Origin: Oscillospiraceae bacterium
GTDB taxonomy: Bacteria; Bacillota; Clostridia; Oscillospirales; Oscillospiraceae
DNA: 64,000 bases
Direction of reading: 5' to 3'
Assembly: GCA_016296235.1 (NCBI GenBank)
Contig: JAEDJR010000001.1
Location: 8,582 to 72,581 of the forward strand
Positions 17,927 through 29,331 of this stretch are shown here, in pieces. The position numbers and the translations under genes are program-made. The notes under the pieces are model-generated. The model was not told the origin of the DNA and made no database searches. It saw nothing but the letters and a program-made list of their open reading frames with translations. Every line of letters starts with the position of its first letter. The stretch's first letter is position 1.

Positions 17927-19006
17927 TCAGATGTAGCCTTCCGCGCAGAGCAGCTCGGCCAGGAGAACGGCGCCGCCGGCGGCGCCCCGCAGGGTGTTGT
18001 GGGACAGACAGACGAACTTGTAGTCATACTGGGTGTCGGGCCGCAGGCGGCCGATGGACACGGCCATGCCGCCCTCCAGCATCCGGTCCAGCTTGGTCTG
18101 GGGCCGGTTGTCCTCTTCAAAGTAGTGCAGGAACTGTTTGGGGGCAGAGGGCAGGTTCAGCTCCTGGGCCCGGCCGGAGAAATTTGCCCAGCAGGCCTTG
18201 ATCTCCTCCATGGAGGGCTTTTCGCCCTTGAACTTCATGAAGCAGGCGGCCATGTGACCGTTGCTGCAGGGTACCCGCAGACACTGGGCGGTGATGGCGG
18301 GTTCCGAGGCATTGACAATTTTGCCGTCCTCGATGTGGCCCCAGAGCTTCAGAGGCTCCTTCTCGGACTTTTCTTCTTCACCGCCGATGTAGGGGATGAC
18401 GTTGTCCACCATCTCGGGCCAGGTTTCGAAGGTCTTGCCCGCGCCGGAAATGGCCTGATAGGTGCAGACCAGAGCGGAATCCAGGCCGAATTTTTTCAGG
18501 GGGTGCAAAGCCGGAACATAGCTCTGCAGGCTGCAGTTGGACTTGACGGCGATGAAGCCCCGCTTGGTGCCCAGACGCTTGCGCTGGGCGTCGATGATCC
18601 TGATGTGATCGGCGTTGATCTCCGGCACTACCATGGGAACGTCTTCTGTCCAGCGATGGGCGGAGTTATTGGAAACCACAGGGCACTCCAGCTTGGCATA
18701 GCGCTCTTCCAGGGCCTTGATTTCATCTTTTTTCATATCCACGGCGCAGAATACGAAATCTACCATGGCGGCGATTTTTTCTGCATCAGCCTGGGCGTCC
18801 ATCACCACCATGGAAGCGGCAGCCTCGGGCATGGGCTCCTCCATGGCCCAGCGGGATCCGATGGCGTCACGGTAGGTTTTTCCGGCACTGCGGGAGCTGG
18901 CGGCCAGGACGGTCAGTTCAAACCAGGGGTGAACACTGTTCAGACATACGAAACGCTGTCCGACCATGCCTGTTGCGCCAATGACGCCGACTTTGTATTT
19001 CTTCAT
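17927..19006 (-). CDS. asd: aspartate-semialdehyde dehydrogenase
   Basis: MKKYKVGVIGATGMVGQRF N-terminus. Active-site region SNCSLQ. C-terminal HNTLRGAAGGAVL. Confidence 0.93.
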   Translation of the reverse strand: MKKYKVGVIGATGMVGQRFVCLNSVHPWFELTVLAASSRSAGKTYRDAIGSRWAMEEPMPEAAASMVVMDAQADAEKIAAMVDFVFCAVDMKKDEIKALEERYAKLECPVVSNNSAHRWTEDVPMVVPEINADHIRIIDAQRKRLGTKRGFIAVKSNCSLQSYVPALHPLKKFGLDSALVCTYQAISGAGKTFETWPEMVDNVIPYIGGEEEKSEKEPLKLWGHIEDGKIVNASEPAITAQCLRVPCSNGHMAACFMKFKGEKPSMEEIKACWANFSGRAQELNLPSAPKQFLHYFEEDNRPQTKLDRMLEGGMAVSIGRLRPDTQYDYKFVCLSHNTLRGAAGGAVLLAELLCAEGYI

Positions 19007-19123
19007 TATGAATCGCTCCAATCTCAAAGATCTCGGAAAAGCCCTGTGCAGGTTTGCAAAATTCTCCTGGTTCAATTTGCCAGTGTACGCGCCGCAAAAG
19101 CATTTGTCCGTAAAATATGCATT

Positions 19124-19152
19124 ATCATAGCATAACGCATCTTCTCTGTCAA
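19124..19152 (-). promoter_or_regulatory. sigma-A-type promoter (TTGACA-17-TATGAT) for asd
   Basis: Hexamers read on the minus strand. Confidence 0.5.
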
Positions 19153-19195
19153 GATATCTGTGAACTTTTCATTCGAAAGCCCGATCCTGCATTTC

Positions 19196-19224
19196 TTGAC
19201 ATTTACATAGCCCTTCGATATAAT
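19196..19224 (+). promoter_or_regulatory. consensus sigma-A promoter (TTGACA-17-TATAAT) for the SLH/SGNH-MBOAT cluster
   Basis: Perfect hexamers with 17-nt spacing, about 35 nt upstream of the start codon. Confidence 0.6.
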
Positions 19225-19259
19225 ATTTCTAGTTTCGGCATTTTGAAAGGTGAGGAATA

Positions 19260-20639
19260 ATGAAGAATAATCCGGTACGTTTTGCAGCCTGGCTGCTGTT
19301 GGCTGCAATGCTTCTGACGGTTCCGGCAATGGCTGTGAATCGGGGCAGCGAATGGGATAACCCCTATGCCGATGTGACCGCGGAGATGTGGAGCTATCGG
19401 TATATTCGGGAGCTGAGCCAGGCCGGCGTTCTACCGGAGAGCGAAACATTTGGCGGCGCCGGCTATGAAACCCGGATTGGGTTTGTGACGTGTCTCTATG
19501 CCTTGGATCGGGCCTTGGGAGGGAAAGCTGTAACCGTGAAGGAAGCGCCCTTCGAGGATGTCCCGGCGGAGGATGCCGGTGCTGCAGCAGTAACCTGGGC
19601 CAAAAAACACGGCGTGGTCAACGGCGTCAGCGAGACGCATTTCGCCCCCAAAGCCAACCTGACCAGGGAAGATATCTGTACAATATTGATCCGCTATGCC
19701 AATTATTCCCGCATTCGCCTGGCCAAGAAATTCGAACCGTCTCAGTTTTCCGATTCCTTAAAAATCAGCGGATATGCCAGAACGGCGGTGGCAGCGTGCC
19801 AGATGGCCGGAATTGTCAATGGGTATGAAAACGGCATGTTCCGTCCCGCCTGGAATATCACCCGGGAGGAATGCGCTGCGGTTCTCTGGAGAATCATGGA
19901 CGCGGCGAAGAATAAGGCTTCCGGTGAGCTGGTTGAGACCGCAGCCGGCGCATATGATGACCTGTATGACAGCTTCCTGCCGCCTTTTGATCCCACAACG
20001 CCGGCCGGGAAGGAAGTGGACTTGTCCTATTTTGACAATGTGGCCATCGTGGGAGATTCCGTCTCCCTGATGCTGCAGTACTATTGCGCCTCCACCAAGG
20101 CCCTGGGGAATGCCACATTCCTGTGCGCCGGCAGCCTCAGCGCCACAAACGCCCTGTGGGACGTCAGCGATCAATCGGTACATCCCTCATACCAGGGAAA
20201 GAAGGTCCTGGTGGAGGACGGTGTGGCCCAATCCGGGGCCAAGATCGTATACCTGATGCTGGGGATCAATAACATTGGCTATGGCATTGACCGGGCCACC
20301 GGAGACATGGTGACGCTCATTGACCGGATATTAGAGAAGTCACCCGATGTTTCGATCGTGATCGAGTCTGTTACACCCATGGCTGAGAGCAGCAACATTC
20401 TGACCAACCAGCTCAACAATGCGCAGATTCAGGCCTATAATACCAGGATGCAGGAGATTTGCTCCGAACGTGGTTGGTATTATGTCAACGTGGCCGAGGT
20501 TGTTACCGATAAAAACGGCTGGCTCAAGGCTGAGTACTGCAGCGATGGCGGCTCCATGGGTATCCATTTTACCACCAGCGCAGCGAAGGTATGGGTGGAC
20601 TATCTGAAAACCCATGTTCCTGCGGCGCTTCTCAACTGA
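19260..20639 (+). CDS. secreted SLH-domain protein with C-terminal SGNH/GDSL-like hydrolase/acyltransferase domain
   Basis: Signal peptide. Three SLH-like repeats (e.g. VTWAKKHGVVNGVSETHFAP..LTREDI). GDS block (VAIVGDSVS), GINN block and a C-terminal D..H. Confidence 0.75.
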   Translation: MKNNPVRFAAWLLLAAMLLTVPAMAVNRGSEWDNPYADVTAEMWSYRYIRELSQAGVLPESETFGGAGYETRIGFVTCLYALDRALGGKAVTVKEAPFEDVPAEDAGAAAVTWAKKHGVVNGVSETHFAPKANLTREDICTILIRYANYSRIRLAKKFEPSQFSDSLKISGYARTAVAACQMAGIVNGYENGMFRPAWNITREECAAVLWRIMDAAKNKASGELVETAAGAYDDLYDSFLPPFDPTTPAGKEVDLSYFDNVAIVGDSVSLMLQYYCASTKALGNATFLCAGSLSATNALWDVSDQSVHPSYQGKKVLVEDGVAQSGAKIVYLMLGINNIGYGIDRATGDMVTLIDRILEKSPDVSIVIESVTPMAESSNILTNQLNNAQIQAYNTRMQEICSERGWYYVNVAEVVTDKNGWLKAEYCSDGGSMGIHFTTSAAKVWVDYLKTHVPAALLN

Positions 20640-20670
20640 CCTGTTATCAATCGGAAGAAAGGTTCCTGCT

Positions 20671-21282
20671 ATGAAAAAACGGATTATAGTTTTGCTGTTG
20701 ATTTTGTCGATCCTGGCTGTTTTTGCAGCCTGCGGAGAAAAGGCTGCTCCCGTAGATACCCCGGCGCCGGAAGCACCCGCGCCGGAACAAGCCGCGCCTG
20801 CTGCGCCAGAGCCGGAAGAAGCATCGGAGGAAGAGATCCTGCCCGAAGAACCGTCCCGGGATCCGGAGCAGGAAGAGCCGGAAGCTCCGGTGACGGTCGA
20901 CCTTGACCAGGTGCGTACCGCCATGATGGACCAGCTGGAAATCGCCGACCCGTTCCTCCTGGACACCGATGCGCTGCTGAACCTCTACGGCATCGACAGC
21001 GCCTGGGTGGCCCAATCTGCCAGTTTTGTCACCATGTCCGGCACATTCCCTGACGAGGTCATCCTGACTGAGGCTGTGGATGCGGATGCCGCGGCCTCCA
21101 TCGCGCAGTGCCTGCAGAACCGTCTCGACGAAGTTCTGGTGCAGTCCAAGAGCTATGATGCGGAAAACTACGCCGCTGCGCAGGCTTGCCAGGTGCGCAC
21201 TGACGGACTGTATGTTTGTCTGCTGCTTTCCCCCAAGCAGGCGGAGATGGCTGAGATCTACCAGAGTCTGATTCAAGACTGA
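20671..21282 (+). CDS. DUF4358-like lipoprotein
   Basis: Lipobox LAVFAAC after MKKRIIVLLL. Pro/Ala/Glu-rich linker, then a globular domain. Family name is from memory. Confidence 0.55.
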   Translation: MKKRIIVLLLILSILAVFAACGEKAAPVDTPAPEAPAPEQAAPAAPEPEEASEEEILPEEPSRDPEQEEPEAPVTVDLDQVRTAMMDQLEIADPFLLDTDALLNLYGIDSAWVAQSASFVTMSGTFPDEVILTEAVDADAAASIAQCLQNRLDEVLVQSKSYDAENYAAAQACQVRTDGLYVCLLLSPKQAEMAEIYQSLIQD

Positions 21283-21321
21283 ACCTTCTGGCGATAACGC
21301 CGGTCATTTTGGAGGGCGTCC

Positions 21322-22683
21322 ATGGTTTTTTCCAGCCTCCCGTTTTTGTTCCTGTTCCTGCCTGCCGTGCTGCTGATGCATAGTTTGCTGCCCGGCAGGC
21401 TTCGCAACGGCTTTTTGCTGTTGGCGAATTTAATTTTTTATGCCTATGGCGAGCCGGTGTATGTTCTGCTGATGCTGGCGTCGATTGTGGTCAACGATCT
21501 GGCGGCCAGGCTGCTGCAGCGGATGAAACCGTCCTGGTGCAGAAAGGCCCTGCTGATTGCAGCGGTGGCCTTGAATTTGTCTGCCCTGGGATGGTTCAAG
21601 TATGCGCCCCTTCTGGCGCAGACCCTGGGTCTGCCGCCGGTGAATGTGGCTCTTCCCATCGGAATTTCTTTCTATACGTTCCAGGCCATGTCCTATGTCA
21701 TCGACGTCTACCGGGGCGACTGCCGGCCGGCGAAGCGGTTTGTGGATTTCGCGGCCTACATCTCTCTGTTCCCCCAGCTGATTGCCGGCCCCATTGTACG
21801 CTACAGCGATGTGGCCGCACAATTACAGGACAGGTCTCTGTCTGCGGAAAAGTTCTCCTGGGGCGTGCGGACGTTCGTCATTGGCCTGGCCAAAAAGGTA
21901 CTCCTGGCCAACCAGTTCGCCTTGCTGTGGGAGCAGGTATCGGCAAATCCCGCCGGATATGGTACCCTGGCGGCCTGGTGCGCCATTGCAGCCTATACGC
22001 TGCAGATCTATTTTGACTTCGGCGGCTATTCCGATATGGCCCGTGGCCTGGGTGCCATGCTGGGCTTTGATTTCTGCATCAACTTTCATTATCCGTATCT
22101 CTCCGGGAGTATTACGGAGTTCTGGCGGCGGTGGCACATTTCTCTGAGCAGCTGGTTCCGGGACTATGTCTACATCCCCCTGGGCGGCAGCCGGAAGGGA
22201 AAGGCCCGCACCGCCTGCAACCTGATGATCGTATGGATGCTGACAGGATTCTGGCACGGAGCAGGATGGAATTTCCTGTTTTGGGGATTCTATTATGGAA
22301 TCCTGCTGCTGGTGGAAAAATTCCTCCTGGGTTCACGACTGGAGAAGCTGCCCGCTATGCTGCGCTGGTGCTATACCATGGTGCTGGTGATGTTGGGATG
22401 GGTGTTTTTTGCCTCGCCGGATTTGTCTGCGGCCTGGGCCTATCTGCGGGTTCTGTTTGGCGGGATCCCGGGGCAGAACGCCGCGCGTCTGCTGTCCTGG
22501 CTGCCCCTGGGCCTGGCCGGTGTCCTGGCCGCCACCCCCCTGGCCGCCAAGGCCTGGAAGCGTCTGGACCGGAAGGCGGCAGCCCCCTGGCTGGAGGCGG
22601 TGCTGTGTCTGGCAGGATTGCTTCTTTGCACAGCCAGCCTGGTCAGCGGCAGCTATAACCCGTTCCTCTATTTCCGCTTCTAG
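21322..22683 (+). CDS. MBOAT family O-acyltransferase (AlgI/DltB-like)
   Basis: Polytopic membrane protein with the conserved FWRRWHISLSSWFRDYVYIPLGG histidine motif. Confidence 0.88.
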   Translation: MVFSSLPFLFLFLPAVLLMHSLLPGRLRNGFLLLANLIFYAYGEPVYVLLMLASIVVNDLAARLLQRMKPSWCRKALLIAAVALNLSALGWFKYAPLLAQTLGLPPVNVALPIGISFYTFQAMSYVIDVYRGDCRPAKRFVDFAAYISLFPQLIAGPIVRYSDVAAQLQDRSLSAEKFSWGVRTFVIGLAKKVLLANQFALLWEQVSANPAGYGTLAAWCAIAAYTLQIYFDFGGYSDMARGLGAMLGFDFCINFHYPYLSGSITEFWRRWHISLSSWFRDYVYIPLGGSRKGKARTACNLMIVWMLTGFWHGAGWNFLFWGFYYGILLLVEKFLLGSRLEKLPAMLRWCYTMVLVMLGWVFFASPDLSAAWAYLRVLFGGIPGQNAARLLSWLPLGLAGVLAATPLAAKAWKRLDRKAAAPWLEAVLCLAGLLLCTASLVSGSYNPFLYFRF

Positions 22684-22695
22684 GAGGTGCAGACC

Positions 22696-23817
22696 ATGAA
22701 AAAACAGCACGCGTGGCTCTGCACGGCTGTGTTTTGCGCATTCCTGCTTGGAGTGACGCTGCTCCTGTTTCTGCTTCCGAAGAAAGACTACTCCCAGCGG
22801 GAGAAGCGTTATCTGGCCGCTGCGCCGGTGGTTTCCTGGTCCGGCCTGCTGGACGGCTCCGTTCAGACGCAATTGGAAGATTGGATGGCCGATCAATTCC
22901 CCGGCCGGGACGGCTGGGTGGGGCTGAATGCCTATTGGAATCTGGCCACGGGGCGCAATGCGCAGCAGGACTTTTATCACGCCAAGGACGGCTATTTGAT
23001 TGCGGCTCCGGCCGGGCAGGATCTGACCAACTACAAAAAGACGCTCCAGCGCTTTGATAGCTTTGCAGCATCCTGCGAGGTGCCTGCCTCCATGGTTCTG
23101 GTACCCTCCACCGGCTGGTTGAAGGAAGATTTGCTCCCCATGGGTCACGAACCCTATCCCGACGACGCCATGTTCGATCTGGCAGGGGAGCTGGAGAATC
23201 TGACCGTCTATGACTTCCGCAAGGATTTGCTCCAAGCCGATATCCAGGAACCTGTGGCATATCGCACCGACCACCATCTGACCTCCTGGGGGAACTACAC
23301 TCTCTATGCTGCCTGGCGGGAAGCCCGGGGTCTGCCATATCCGGAGCCTGGGGATTACGCCGTGGAGACCTCGGAGGGCTTTTGCGGCACCACCTGGTCC
23401 GGCAGCGGCTACTGGCTCACGGAGCCGGACGATCTGGAGCTGTGGGACAGCGGCGTCCGGGCGAACGTCACCATCACCGACGGAGGCGAAGCGCCGGTGT
23501 CCGGGGACAGCCTGTTTTTCCGCAGTCATCTGAAAGAGCTGGATCAGTACCCGGTGTTCCTGGACGGAAACCACTGTCAGGTGGAGATCTCCAATCCTGA
23601 CGCGCCGGAGGGCAGCATCCTGCTGATTAAGGATTCCTATGCGCACTGCTTTGCCACTTTCCTGGCGGAGCATTACAGGCACGTCTATATGCTGGATTTG
23701 CGGTACTACCGTGGCTCGATCTCAGATTTTATCGCGCAGAACGCCGTGGATGAGGTTTTGTTTTTGTATGGAACGAGTACGCTGCTGACTGATACCAACT
23801 CCGCATGGCTGTTTTAA
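22696..23817 (+). CDS. DHHW family protein (AlgJ/AlgX-like partner of MBOAT)
   Basis: AGGAGG SD 8 nt upstream. N-terminal TM anchor. YRTDHHLTSWG (DHHW motif). Confidence 0.8.
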   Translation: MKKQHAWLCTAVFCAFLLGVTLLLFLLPKKDYSQREKRYLAAAPVVSWSGLLDGSVQTQLEDWMADQFPGRDGWVGLNAYWNLATGRNAQQDFYHAKDGYLIAAPAGQDLTNYKKTLQRFDSFAASCEVPASMVLVPSTGWLKEDLLPMGHEPYPDDAMFDLAGELENLTVYDFRKDLLQADIQEPVAYRTDHHLTSWGNYTLYAAWREARGLPYPEPGDYAVETSEGFCGTTWSGSGYWLTEPDDLELWDSGVRANVTITDGGEAPVSGDSLFFRSHLKELDQYPVFLDGNHCQVEISNPDAPEGSILLIKDSYAHCFATFLAEHYRHVYMLDLRYYRGSISDFIAQNAVDEVLFLYGTSTLLTDTNSAWLF

Positions 23818-23829
23818 GGAGAGGATTGC

Positions 23830-24855
23830 TTGAAAACTCATGATTTTTACTATGATTTGCCGGAGGAGCTGATTGCCCAGACGCCTCTGCAGCAGCGGGA
23901 CGCCTCCCGTCTCATGACTCTGGACCGGAGAACCGGGGACATCGGCCACCGGCATTTTTCTGACATTTTGGAGCTGCTGAATCCCGGAGACTGCCTGGTG
24001 CTCAACAACTCCCGGGTGCTGCCGGCACGCCTTCTGGGCCACCGGGTGCCCACTCTGGGGGCCGTGGAGGTTCTGCTGCTCAAGGACAAGGGAGACGGCG
24101 TCTGGGAATGCCTGACCAAGCCGGGCCGCAAGACCCAGCCCGGCACGGAGCTGTCCTTCGGCGATGGCGCCCTGACCGCCACGGTCGTGGATGCCCTGGA
24201 CACGGGCAACAAGCTGATTCGGTTCCACTATGAGGGCATCTTCCTGGAGGTTCTGGAGCGCCTGGGCAAGATGCCCCTGCCGCCCTATATCAAGGAGGAG
24301 CTGGCCGACGGAGAACGCTATCAGACGGTGTATTCCAAAATCAACGGCTCCGCCGCCGCCCCCACCGCCGGTCTGCATTTTACCCGGGAACTGTTGGAGA
24401 AGATCCAGGGCAAGGGCGTGAAGCTGGCCTATGTGACCCTCCATGTGGGCCTGGGCACCTTCCGCCCCGTGAAGGCCGAGGAGGTCACGGAGCATCATAT
24501 GCACTCGGAATTCTGCATGATGTCCAGTGAAACGGCGGAGCTGCTCAATGAAACCCGCCGCTCAGGCGGCAGAATTGTCTGCGTGGGCACCACCTCCTGC
24601 CGCACCCTGGAATCCCTGGTGAAGGACGACGGAACCTTTGAAGAGCGTTCCGCCTGGACGGAAATCTTCATCTATCCCGGCTACCGGTTCAAGGCCATGG
24701 ACGCCCTCATCACCAACTTCCACCTGCCGGAGAGCACCCTGGTGATGCTGGTCTCTGCCTTTGCCGGAAGGGAACACGTTCTGCATGCCTACAACGTAGC
24801 TGTGCAGGAGCGCTACCGGTTCTTCTCCTTCGGCGATGCCATGTTTATTTCGTGA
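23830..24855 (+). CDS. queA: tRNA preQ1(34) S-adenosylmethionine ribosyltransferase-isomerase
   Basis: TTG start with [22 protein letters not shown] and [10 protein letters not shown] motifs. Confidence 0.93.
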   Translation: MKTHDFYYDLPEELIAQTPLQQRDASRLMTLDRRTGDIGHRHFSDILELLNPGDCLVLNNSRVLPARLLGHRVPTLGAVEVLLLKDKGDGVWECLTKPGRKTQPGTELSFGDGALTATVVDALDTGNKLIRFHYEGIFLEVLERLGKMPLPPYIKEELADGERYQTVYSKINGSAAAPTAGLHFTRELLEKIQGKGVKLAYVTLHVGLGTFRPVKAEEVTEHHMHSEFCMMSSETAELLNETRRSGGRIVCVGTTSCRTLESLVKDDGTFEERSAWTEIFIYPGYRFKAMDALITNFHLPESTLVMLVSAFAGREHVLHAYNVAVQERYRFFSFGDAMFIS

Positions 24856-24865
24856 GGAAACGGCT

Positions 24866-26558
<1,693 letters not shown>

Positions 26559-26565
26559 TTTTTTC

Positions 26566-26594
26566 TTGCAATTACCGGATAACCTTTGTATAAT
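26566..26594 (+). promoter_or_regulatory. sigma-A-type promoter (TTGCAA-17-TATAAT) for yajC
   Basis: Hexamers read directly. Confidence 0.5.
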
Positions 26595-26623
26595 AATCAC
26601 ATTAACACAACGGAGGCTAAGTC

Positions 26624-26983
26624 ATGTTTCTTACTGCAACAACCGGAGCAGCCGGCGGCGGCTCCATGATCTTCATGCTGGTTCTGATGATCGCTGTTTT
26701 CTATTTCTTCATGATCCGTCCGGAAAACAAAAAGAAGAAGGAAGCCGCGGAGATGCGCAATGCGCTGAAGGCTGGTGACAACATCACCACCATCGGCGGC
26801 GTGATTGGTGATATCGTCAGCGTAAAGGACGATACCATTGTGATCGAGACCAGCAGTGACAAGGTTCGTGTGGAGTTCACCAAGTGGGCCGTGTCCACCA
26901 ACAACACTGCGGATAAGGCTGCTGCGAAGGCCAAAGAGGCTGCCTTGGCTGCCAAGAAGGCTGCAAAAAAAGAAAAGAAGTAA
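26624..26983 (+). CDS. yajC: preprotein translocase subunit YajC
   Basis: Single TM followed by FFMIRPENKKKKE...GDNITTIGGVIGDIVSV, then a Lys/Ala-rich tail. Confidence 0.88.
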   Translation: MFLTATTGAAGGGSMIFMLVLMIAVFYFFMIRPENKKKKEAAEMRNALKAGDNITTIGGVIGDIVSVKDDTIVIETSSDKVRVEFTKWAVSTNNTADKAAAKAKEAALAAKKAAKKEKK

Positions 26984-26991
26984 TCACGCAA

Positions 26992-27019
26992 AACCGCTGC
27001 TGCCTGCAGCGGTTTTTGC
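26992..27019 (+). terminator. rho-independent terminator after yajC
   Basis: Stem ACCGCTGC/GCAGCGGT followed by TTTTT. Confidence 0.65.
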
Positions 27020-27188
27020 TTTATTGTCACCATTCCGGAAAAACGCATATACTGGAAAAGACTCGATCATACAGATTTCGCAAAACTACAACAATAAATC
27101 AGTATGACCCGGCGCTTTTATCTCCGTGAAATTGATCCTGCAAACCTGCGGTTTGCCGGAAAAAACAGTATAAGGAGTGATTCCGGCG

Positions 27189-27425
27189 ATGGATTTGATG
27201 ATGCTCAGCGAATTGAAGCCCGGAGAGGCCTGCGAGATCAGGGAGCTCCGGCTGTACGGAGGGATGCGGCGCAGGCTGCGTGACTTGGGACTTTTGCCCG
27301 GTGTTCGCCTGCAGTGCGCATTCACCGCACCCTCTGGTTCGCCGATGGCTTTCTGGGTCAAGGGCGCTATGATTGCCCTGCGCAAGAATGACTGCAAACG
27401 GATTGCGGGATACCGCTGCGCCTGA
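27189..27425 (+). CDS. feoA: ferrous iron transport protein A
   Basis: SH3-like FeoA pattern (LSELKPGEACEIREL...RRRLRDLGLLPGVRL). AAGGAG SD upstream. Start at ATG 27189 or GTG 27177. Confidence 0.85.
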   Translation: MDLMMLSELKPGEACEIRELRLYGGMRRRLRDLGLLPGVRLQCAFTAPSGSPMAFWVKGAMIALRKNDCKRIAGYRCA

Positions 27426-27465
27426 GCTGGCACAGTGCGTGATTCGGAAGAAGGAAGAATCGGAT

Positions 27466-29289
27466 GTGATTGTTGCTCTGATCGGAAACCCAAATGTGGG
27501 AAAGAGCACACTCTTCAACGCGCTGACCGGTCTCAACCAGCATACAGGAAACTGGCCGGGCAAAACGGTTGCCATTGCGCAGGGGCGATATACATATAAA
27601 GGCAGGGGCTATATTTTGGTGGATCTGCCGGGAACGTACTCTCTGCTGTCGCAATCGGAGGAGGAACGAATTACAGCGGAATTCCTGCTCTCCGGTCAAG
27701 CGGACTGCGCCCTGGTGCTGGCCGATGCCACTTGTCTGGAGCGCAATTTGAATCTTGCACTCCAAGTGCTGGAATTGACCGATAAAACGATACTTTGCGT
27801 GAATTTGCTGGATGAGGCAGAACGCCATGGGATCGAAATTGACCTGCGGGCGCTGGAAAGAGAATTGGGAATTCCCGTGGCAGGTACGGCGGCCGGGAAC
27901 GGCCGCGGGCTGGAGCAGCTGCAGGAGAAGCTGCGCAATCTCAACGACGGCTTTCTGAGCGTCCATCCGGGACGGCTTTTCTCCGGAAGGGAGGCCATGC
28001 TTGATGACCTCAACCAGGCCTGCTCAGACCGTGTCTCCGCTCTGATCTCAGACCGGGCGGAAGCGATTGCCGCAGGCTGCGTCAGGAGCAGCGCTGCGCC
28101 GGCGCCGCATTGGATGGATCGGATCGCACTGGGACGGTGGAGCGGAAGAGTGTTGTTGGTTCTTTTGCTGCTGACGGTATTTTGGCTGACCATCCGGGGA
28201 GCAAACTACCCATCCATGCTGCTGCAAGCAGCGTTTGACCGGCTCGGCGCATATCTGCACCGATGGATGGCAGCGTGGCCGTGGTGGATCTCCGGACTGT
28301 TGCTGGATGGTGTATATTCCACTTCGGCCAGGGTTATTTCCGTGATGCTGCCGCCCATGGCGATTTTCTTTCCGCTGTTCACGGTGCTGGAGGATTTGGG
28401 CTATCTGCCAAGAGCGGCGTTTCTGATGGATCACTGCTTCCAATGCTGCGGCTCCTGCGGAAAGCAGGTGCTGACCATGTCCATGGGCTTTGGCTGCAAT
28501 GCCGCCGGTGTCATTGGATGCAGGATTATTGCGTCTCCGAGAGAACGGCTCCTGGCGATTGTGACCAACGCGCTGGTGCCCTGCAATGGAAGATTCCCGG
28601 CCCTGATTACACTGATCTGCCTGTTTTTCTCCGAGCGCTCGCTGCCGGCAGCCGCAATGCTCACGGGGTTCGTACTGTTGGGTGTGGGCGCCACGCTGCT
28701 GTCTTCCAGACTCCTGAACCGAACGGTACTGGCCGGAAAAGAATCCCATTTCATTATGGAAATGCCGCCCTACCGCCGGCCTCAGATTGGGAAAATTCTG
28801 CTGCGTGCACTTCTGGACAGGACGCTGTTTGTTCTGGCACGCGCAGCAGCAGTGGCGGCGCCGGCCGGGGCGGTCATCTGGTGCCTGAGCCAGCTGACCT
28901 GGAAAGGAATGCCGCTGCTGCAGTCTGCTGCCGCCCTTCTGGATCCCGTGGGGATGTTCCTGGGGATGAACGGCGCGGTGCTTCTGGCGTTCTTCCTGTC
29001 ATTTCCGGCCAATGAACTGCTGATACCCTTGACGGTGATGATTCTGCAAGGAACCCAGGGCGCCTTGGCAGAAGTGGGAGACGCGGCCCTTGGCACGATT
29101 CTGACGGCTGGGGGATGGACGCAGCGAACAGCCTTGTGCGTCATGGTATTTCTGCTGTTTCACTGGCCCTGCAGCACCACCTGCCTGACCATCCGAAAAG
29201 AGACCGGCTCCTGGAAATGGACCCTTGCCGCCATGCTGCTGCCAACGGCAATCGGCGTCTTCCTGTGCAGCCTGCTTGGACATCTGTAA
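27466..29289 (+). CDS. feoB: ferrous iron transporter FeoB
   Basis: G-domain IALIGNPNVGKSTLFNALTG...DLPGTYSL followed by a polytopic membrane domain. GTG start is inferred. Confidence 0.9.
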   Translation: MIVALIGNPNVGKSTLFNALTGLNQHTGNWPGKTVAIAQGRYTYKGRGYILVDLPGTYSLLSQSEEERITAEFLLSGQADCALVLADATCLERNLNLALQVLELTDKTILCVNLLDEAERHGIEIDLRALERELGIPVAGTAAGNGRGLEQLQEKLRNLNDGFLSVHPGRLFSGREAMLDDLNQACSDRVSALISDRAEAIAAGCVRSSAAPAPHWMDRIALGRWSGRVLLVLLLLTVFWLTIRGANYPSMLLQAAFDRLGAYLHRWMAAWPWWISGLLLDGVYSTSARVISVMLPPMAIFFPLFTVLEDLGYLPRAAFLMDHCFQCCGSCGKQVLTMSMGFGCNAAGVIGCRIIASPRERLLAIVTNALVPCNGRFPALITLICLFFSERSLPAAAMLTGFVLLGVGATLLSSRLLNRTVLAGKESHFIMEMPPYRRPQIGKILLRALLDRTLFVLARAAAVAAPAGAVIWCLSQLTWKGMPLLQSAAALLDPVGMFLGMNGAVLLAFFLSFPANELLIPLTVMILQGTQGALAEVGDAALGTILTAGGWTQRTALCVMVFLLFHWPCSTTCLTIRKETGSWKWTLAAMLLPTAIGVFLCSLLGHL

Positions 29290-29294
29290 CAACG

Positions 29295-29325
29295 GCCCGC
29301 CGTAAGACATCTGCTTACGGCGGGC
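29295..29325. terminator. bidirectional terminator hairpin between convergent feoB and the NYN-like gene
   Basis: Perfect 12-bp stem GCCCGCCGTAAG/CTTACGGCGGGC. Confidence 0.6.
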
Positions 29326-29331
29326 TTAGAA

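Noticed and set aside
19007-19123. Possible lysine (L-box) riboswitch in the asd leader
   Set aside because: The leader after the predicted promoter is only about 115 nt. I could not find L-box core elements or a terminator/antiterminator pair.
20740-20900. Repetitive-looking CCGGAAG/GCGCC-rich stretch, considered as a tandem repeat or CRISPR-like
   Set aside because: It is an in-frame Pro/Ala/Glu low-complexity linker of the DUF4358-like lipoprotein. There is no repeat-spacer periodicity.
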